Made by a program: the position numbers and the translations under genes. The notes beneath the pieces were generated by a model that saw only the letters and a program-made list of their open reading frames with translations, did not search any database and was not told the origin of the DNA. A DNA stretch of 57,615 nucleotides from Malacoraja senta (Eukaryota), in NCBI GenBank assembly GCA_038087875.1, contig JAXLNO010000432.1, positions 1 through 57,615 on the forward strand, read 5' to 3'. Shown here piece after piece: positions 53,101 to 57,615 of the stretch (its first letter is position 1; each line of letters opens with the position of its first letter).

Positions 53101-54875
53101 TAAATCCGGCAAGGTCGCCACAAATCCGGCAGTCGCCTATTTCCGGCAAGTTCGCCATTAATCCGGCAAGGCCGCCACAAATCCGGCTAGGTCGCTGTAA
53201 ATCCGGAAAGGTCGCCATAAATCCGGCAAGGTAGCCACAAATCCTGCAAGGTCGCCATAAATCAGGCAAGGTCGCCACAAATCCGGCAAGGTCGCCACAT
53301 TTGCGTCAAGGCCGCCTTATTCCGGTAAGGTCGCCACAAATACGGAAAGGTCGCCACAATTCCGGCAAGGTCGCCAGAAATCTGACAAGGTCGGCACAAA
53401 TGCGTCAAGGTCGCCACATTTCAGGCAAGGTCGCCAGATTTCCGGCAAAATCGCCATAAATCCGGCAAGGTCGCCACAAATCCGACAAGGTCGCCACAAA
53501 TGCGTCAAGGTCGCCACATTTCAGGCAAGGTCGCCAGATTTCCGGCAAGATCGCCATAAATCCGGCAAGGTCGCCACAAATCCGACAAGGTCGCCATAAA
53601 TCCGGCAAGGTCACCACATTTCCGGCAAGGTCGCCATAAATCCGGCAATGTCGCCACAAATCAGGCAAGGTCGCCACATTCCCGGCAAGGTCACCATAAA
53701 TCCGGCAAGGTCGCCACAAATCCGGCAAGGTCGCCACATTTACGGCAAGGTTGCCATATTTCCGGCAAGGTCGCCATAAATCTGGCAAGGTAGCCACAAA
53801 TGCGGCAAGGTCGCCATATTCCCGGCAAGATCGCCATAATTCCAGCAAGGTCGCCACAAACCCGGCAAGGCCGCCATATTTCCGGCATGGTCGCCATAAT
53901 TCCGGCAAGGTGGCCACAAATCAGGAAATGTCGCCATATTTCCGACAATGTCGCCATAAATCCGGCAAGGTGGCCACAAATGCGGCAAGGTCGCCATATT
54001 TCCGGCAAGGTCGCAATAAATCCGGCAAGGTCGCCACAAATGCGGCAAGGTCCTCATATTTCCCGCAAGGTCGCAATAAATTCGGCAAGGTAGCCACAAA
54101 TGGGGAGAAGTCGACATATTTCCGGCAAGGTCGCCATACATCCGGCAAGGTCGGCACAAATGCGGCAAGGTCGGCATATTTCCGGCAAGGTCGCCATATA
54201 TCCGGCAACGTCGCCATAATACCGGCAAGATCGCCATAATCCAGCAAGGTCGCCACAAACCTGGCAAGGCCGCCATATTTCCGGCATGGTCGCCATAATT
54301 CCGGCAAGGTGGCCACAAATCAGGAAAGGTCGCCATATTTCCGGCAATGTCGCCATAAATCCGGCAAGGTGGCCACAAATGCGGCAAGGTCGCCATATTT
54401 CCGGCAAGGTCGCCATAAATCTGGCAAGGTCGCCACAAATCCGACAAGGTCGCCATAAATCCGGCAAGGTCACCACATTTCCGGCAAGGTCGCCATAAAT
54501 CCGGCAATGTCGCCACAAATCAGGCAAGGTCGCCACATTCCCGGCAAGGTCACCATAAATCCGGCAAGGTCGCCACAAATCCGGCAAGGTCGCCACATTT
54601 ACGGCAAGGTTGCCATATTTCCGGCAAGGTCGCCATAAATCTGGCAAGGTAGCCACAAATGCGGCAAGGTCGCCATATTTCCGGCAAGATCGCCATAATT
54701 CCAGCAAGGTCGCCACAAACCCGGCAAGGCCGCCATATTTCCGGCATGGTCGCCATAATTCCGGCAAGGTGGCCACAAATCAGGAAATGTCGCCATATTT
54801 CCGACAATGTCGCCATAAATCCGGCAAGGTGGCCACAAATGCGGCAAGGTCGCCATATTTCCGGCAAGGTCGCCA
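41130..54875 (-). repeat. ~6.97-kb higher-order tandem duplication (41130-47910 ~ 48098-54875) with nested 1.12-1.18, 1.52 and 0.86-kb units
   Basis: ORF pairs 42786/49757, 43897/50869, 45887/52850 and 47323/54286 have offsets of 6,963-6,972. Nested pairs are 41367/42486, 43322/44841 and 46727/47587. Confidence 0.88.
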
Positions 54876-57615
54876 TAAATCCGGCAAGGTCGCCACAAAT
54901 GCGGCAAGGTCCTCATATTTCCCGCAAGGTCGCAATAAATTCGGCAAGGTAGCCACAATGGGGAGAGGTCGACATATTTCCGGCAAGGTCGCCATACATC
55001 CGGCAAGGTCGGCACAAATGCGGCAAGGTCGGCATATTTCCGGCAAGGTCGCCATATATCCGGCAACGTCGCCATAATACCGGCAAGATCGCCATAATTC
55101 CAGCAAGGTCGCCACAACCTGGCAAGGCCGCCATATTTCCGGCATGGTCGCCATAATTCCGGCAAGGTGGCCACAAATCAGGAAAGGTCGCCATATTTCC
55201 GGCAATGTCGCCATAAATCCGGCAAGGTGGCCACAAATGCGGCAAGGTCGCCATATTTCCGGCAAGGTCGCCATAAATCCGGCAAGGTCGCAACAAATGC
55301 GGCAAGGTCCTCATATTTCCGGCAAGGTCGCAATAAATTCGGCAAGGTAGCCACAAATGCGGAAAGGTCGACATATTTCCGGCAAGGTCGCCATAAATCC
55401 GGCAAGGTCGGCACAAATGCGGCAAGGTCGGCACATTTGCGGCAAGGCCGCCTTAATCCGGTAAGGTCGCCACAAATACGGAAAGGTCGCCACAATTCCG
55501 GCAAGGTCGCCATAAATCTGACAAGGTCGCCACAAATCCGTCAAGGTTGGCACATTTCAGGCAAGGTCGCCAGATTTCCGGCAAGGTCGCCATGAATCCG
55601 GCAAGGTCGCCACAAATCCGACAAGGTCGCCATAAATCCGGCAAGGTCACCACATTACCGGCAAGGTCGCCATAAATCCGGCAAGGTCGCCACATATCCG
55701 GCAAGGTCGCCACATTCCCGGCCAGGTCGCCATAAATACGGCAAGGTCGCCACAAATCCGGCAAGGTCGCCACATTTACGGCAAGGTCGCCATATTTCCG
55801 GCAAGGTCGCCATAAATCTGGCAAGGAAGCCACAAATGCGGCAAGGTCGACATATTTCCGGCAAGGTCGCCATAAATCAGGCAAAGTCGGCACAAATGCG
55901 GCAACCTCGGCATATTTCCGGCAAGGTCGCCATAAATCCGGCAAGGTCGCCACAATTGCGGCAAGGTCGCCATATTCCCGGCAAGGTCGCCATAAATCTG
56001 GCACAGTCGCCGTATATCCGGCAAGATCGCAACAAATCCGCCAAGGTCGCCATAAATCCGGCACGGCCGCCACAAATCCGGCAAGGTCGCCACATTTGCG
56101 GCAAGGTCGCAACAAATCTGCCAAGGTCGCCACAAATCCGACAAGGTCGACATATTTCCGGCAAGGTCGCCATCAATCCCGCAAGGTCGCCACAAATGCG
56201 GCAAGGTCCTCATATTTCCGGCAAGGTCGCAATAAATCCGGCAAGGTAGCCACTAAAGCGGAAAGGTCGACATATTTCCGGCAAGGTCGCCATATATCCG
56301 GCAACGTCGCCATAATACCGGCAAGGTCGCCATAAATCCGGCAAGGTCGCCACAAATGCGGCAAGGTCGCCATATTCCCGGCAAGGTCGCCATAAATCCG
56401 GCAATGTCTCCATAACTCCGGCAAGGTCGCCACAAATCCGGCAAGGTCGCCATAAATCCGGCAAGGTCGCCACAAATGCGACAGTCGCCTATTTCCGGCA
56501 AGTTCGCCATGAATCCGGCAAGGCCGCCACAAATCCGGCTAGGTCGCTGTAAATCCCGCAAGGTCACCACAAATCCGGCAAGGTCGCCATATTTCCGGCA
56601 AGGTCGCCATAAATCCGGCAAGGTAGCCACATATCCAGCAAGGCCGCCATAAATCAGGCAAGGTCGCCACATATCCGGCAAGGTCGCCACATTTGCGTCA
56701 AGGCCGCCTTATTCCGGTAAGGTCGCCACAAATACGGAAAGGTCGCCACAATTCCGGCAAGGTCGCCAGAAATCTGACAAGGTCGCCACAAATCCGGGAT
56801 GGTCGCCACATCCCCGGCAAGGTGGCCATAAATCCGACAAGGTCGGCACAAATGCGTCACGGTCTCCACATTTCAGGCAAGGTCGCCAGATTTCCGGCAA
56901 GATCGCCATAAATCCGGCAAGGTCGCCACAAATCCGACAAGGTCGCCACAAATGCGTCAAGGTCGCCACATTTCAGGCAAGGTCGCCAGATTTCCGGCAA
57001 GATCGCCATAAATCCGGCAAGGTCGCCACAAATCCGACAAGGTCGCCATAAATCCGGCAAGGTCACCACATTCCCGGCAAGGTCGCCATAAATCCGGCAA
57101 GTTCGCCACAAATCCGGCAAGGTCGCCACATTTACGGCAAGGTTGCCATATTTCCGGCAAGGTCGCCATAAATCTGGCAAGGTAGCCACAAATGCGGCAA
57201 GGTCGCCATATTTCCGGCAAGGTCGCCACTAATCCGGCAAGGTCGCCATATTTCCGGCAAGATCGCCATAATTCCAGCAAGGTCGCCACAAACCCGGCAA
57301 GGCCGCCATATTTCCGGGATGGTCGCCATAATTCCGGCAAGGTGGCCACAAATCAGGAAAGGTCGCCATATTTCCGACAATGTCGCCATAAATCCGGCAA
57401 GGTGGCCACAAATGCGGCAAGGTCGCCATATTTCCGGCAAGGTCGCCATAAATCCGGCAAGGTCGCCACAAATGCGGCAAGGTCCTCATATTTCCGGCAA
57501 GGTCGCAATAAATTCGGCAAGGTAGCCACAAATGCGGAGAGGTCGACATATTTCCGGCAAGGTCGCCATACATCCGGCAATGTCGGCACAAATGCGGCAA
57601 GGTCGGCATATTTCC

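Larger units (their letters stand above)
28877..57615 (-). repeat. Same 20-bp satellite, right arm, inverted (+ strand reads GGCAAGGTCGCCAYAWWTCC)
   Basis: Monomers are the reverse complement of the left-arm consensus. CR1 sequence interrupts the arm at 32305-32792 and 36777-39175. Confidence 0.99.

Noticed and set aside
19..57609. Hundreds of ORFs with repeats such as GDLAGFMATLPDLWRPCRIC, including 674 aa at 21590-23614
   Set aside because: The 20-bp consensus has no stop codon on its GGCGACC strand, so all three frames give the same 20-aa repeat. Stops and frameshifts are scattered and the ORFs flip strand with the array. These are not genes.
1..57615. CRISPR-like array (conserved core with variable linker)
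   Set aside because: There are no unique spacers, the variable part is only ~6-8 bp with a few recurrent states, no cas genes are present, and the context is vertebrate-type retroelements.

Overview
This window is eukaryotic heterochromatin-like DNA with no credible host gene. About 54 of 57.6 kb is one GC-rich, CpG-rich 20-bp satellite (consensus GGCGACCTTGCCGGAWWTRT, roughly 2,700 monomers). It reads on the + strand from 1 to ~28,860 and on the - strand from ~28,877 to the end, with a short GTGCGTCA x2 filler at the inversion junction. The array is built from nested higher-order duplications (60 bp, ~0.7, 1.1-1.5, 2.0-2.1, 2.4, 4.25 and ~7 kb). It is interrupted by two copies of a tRNA-derived CORE-type SINE (1877-2122, 6124-6371), two copies of a ~56-bp captured fragment (13437-13492, 15467-15522), a 5'-truncated dead CR1-clade LINE (36777-39175) and a duplicated 0.49-kb piece of that LINE (32305-32792). 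From recall rather than a database search, the retroelements look like those of a cartilaginous fish, probably a skate or ray. Nearly all ORFs in the track are translations of the satellite. I found no evidence for a new protein-coding system. The interesting signal is structural: the polarity switch, the insertion and duplication history, CpG retention, and possible Pol III read-through.
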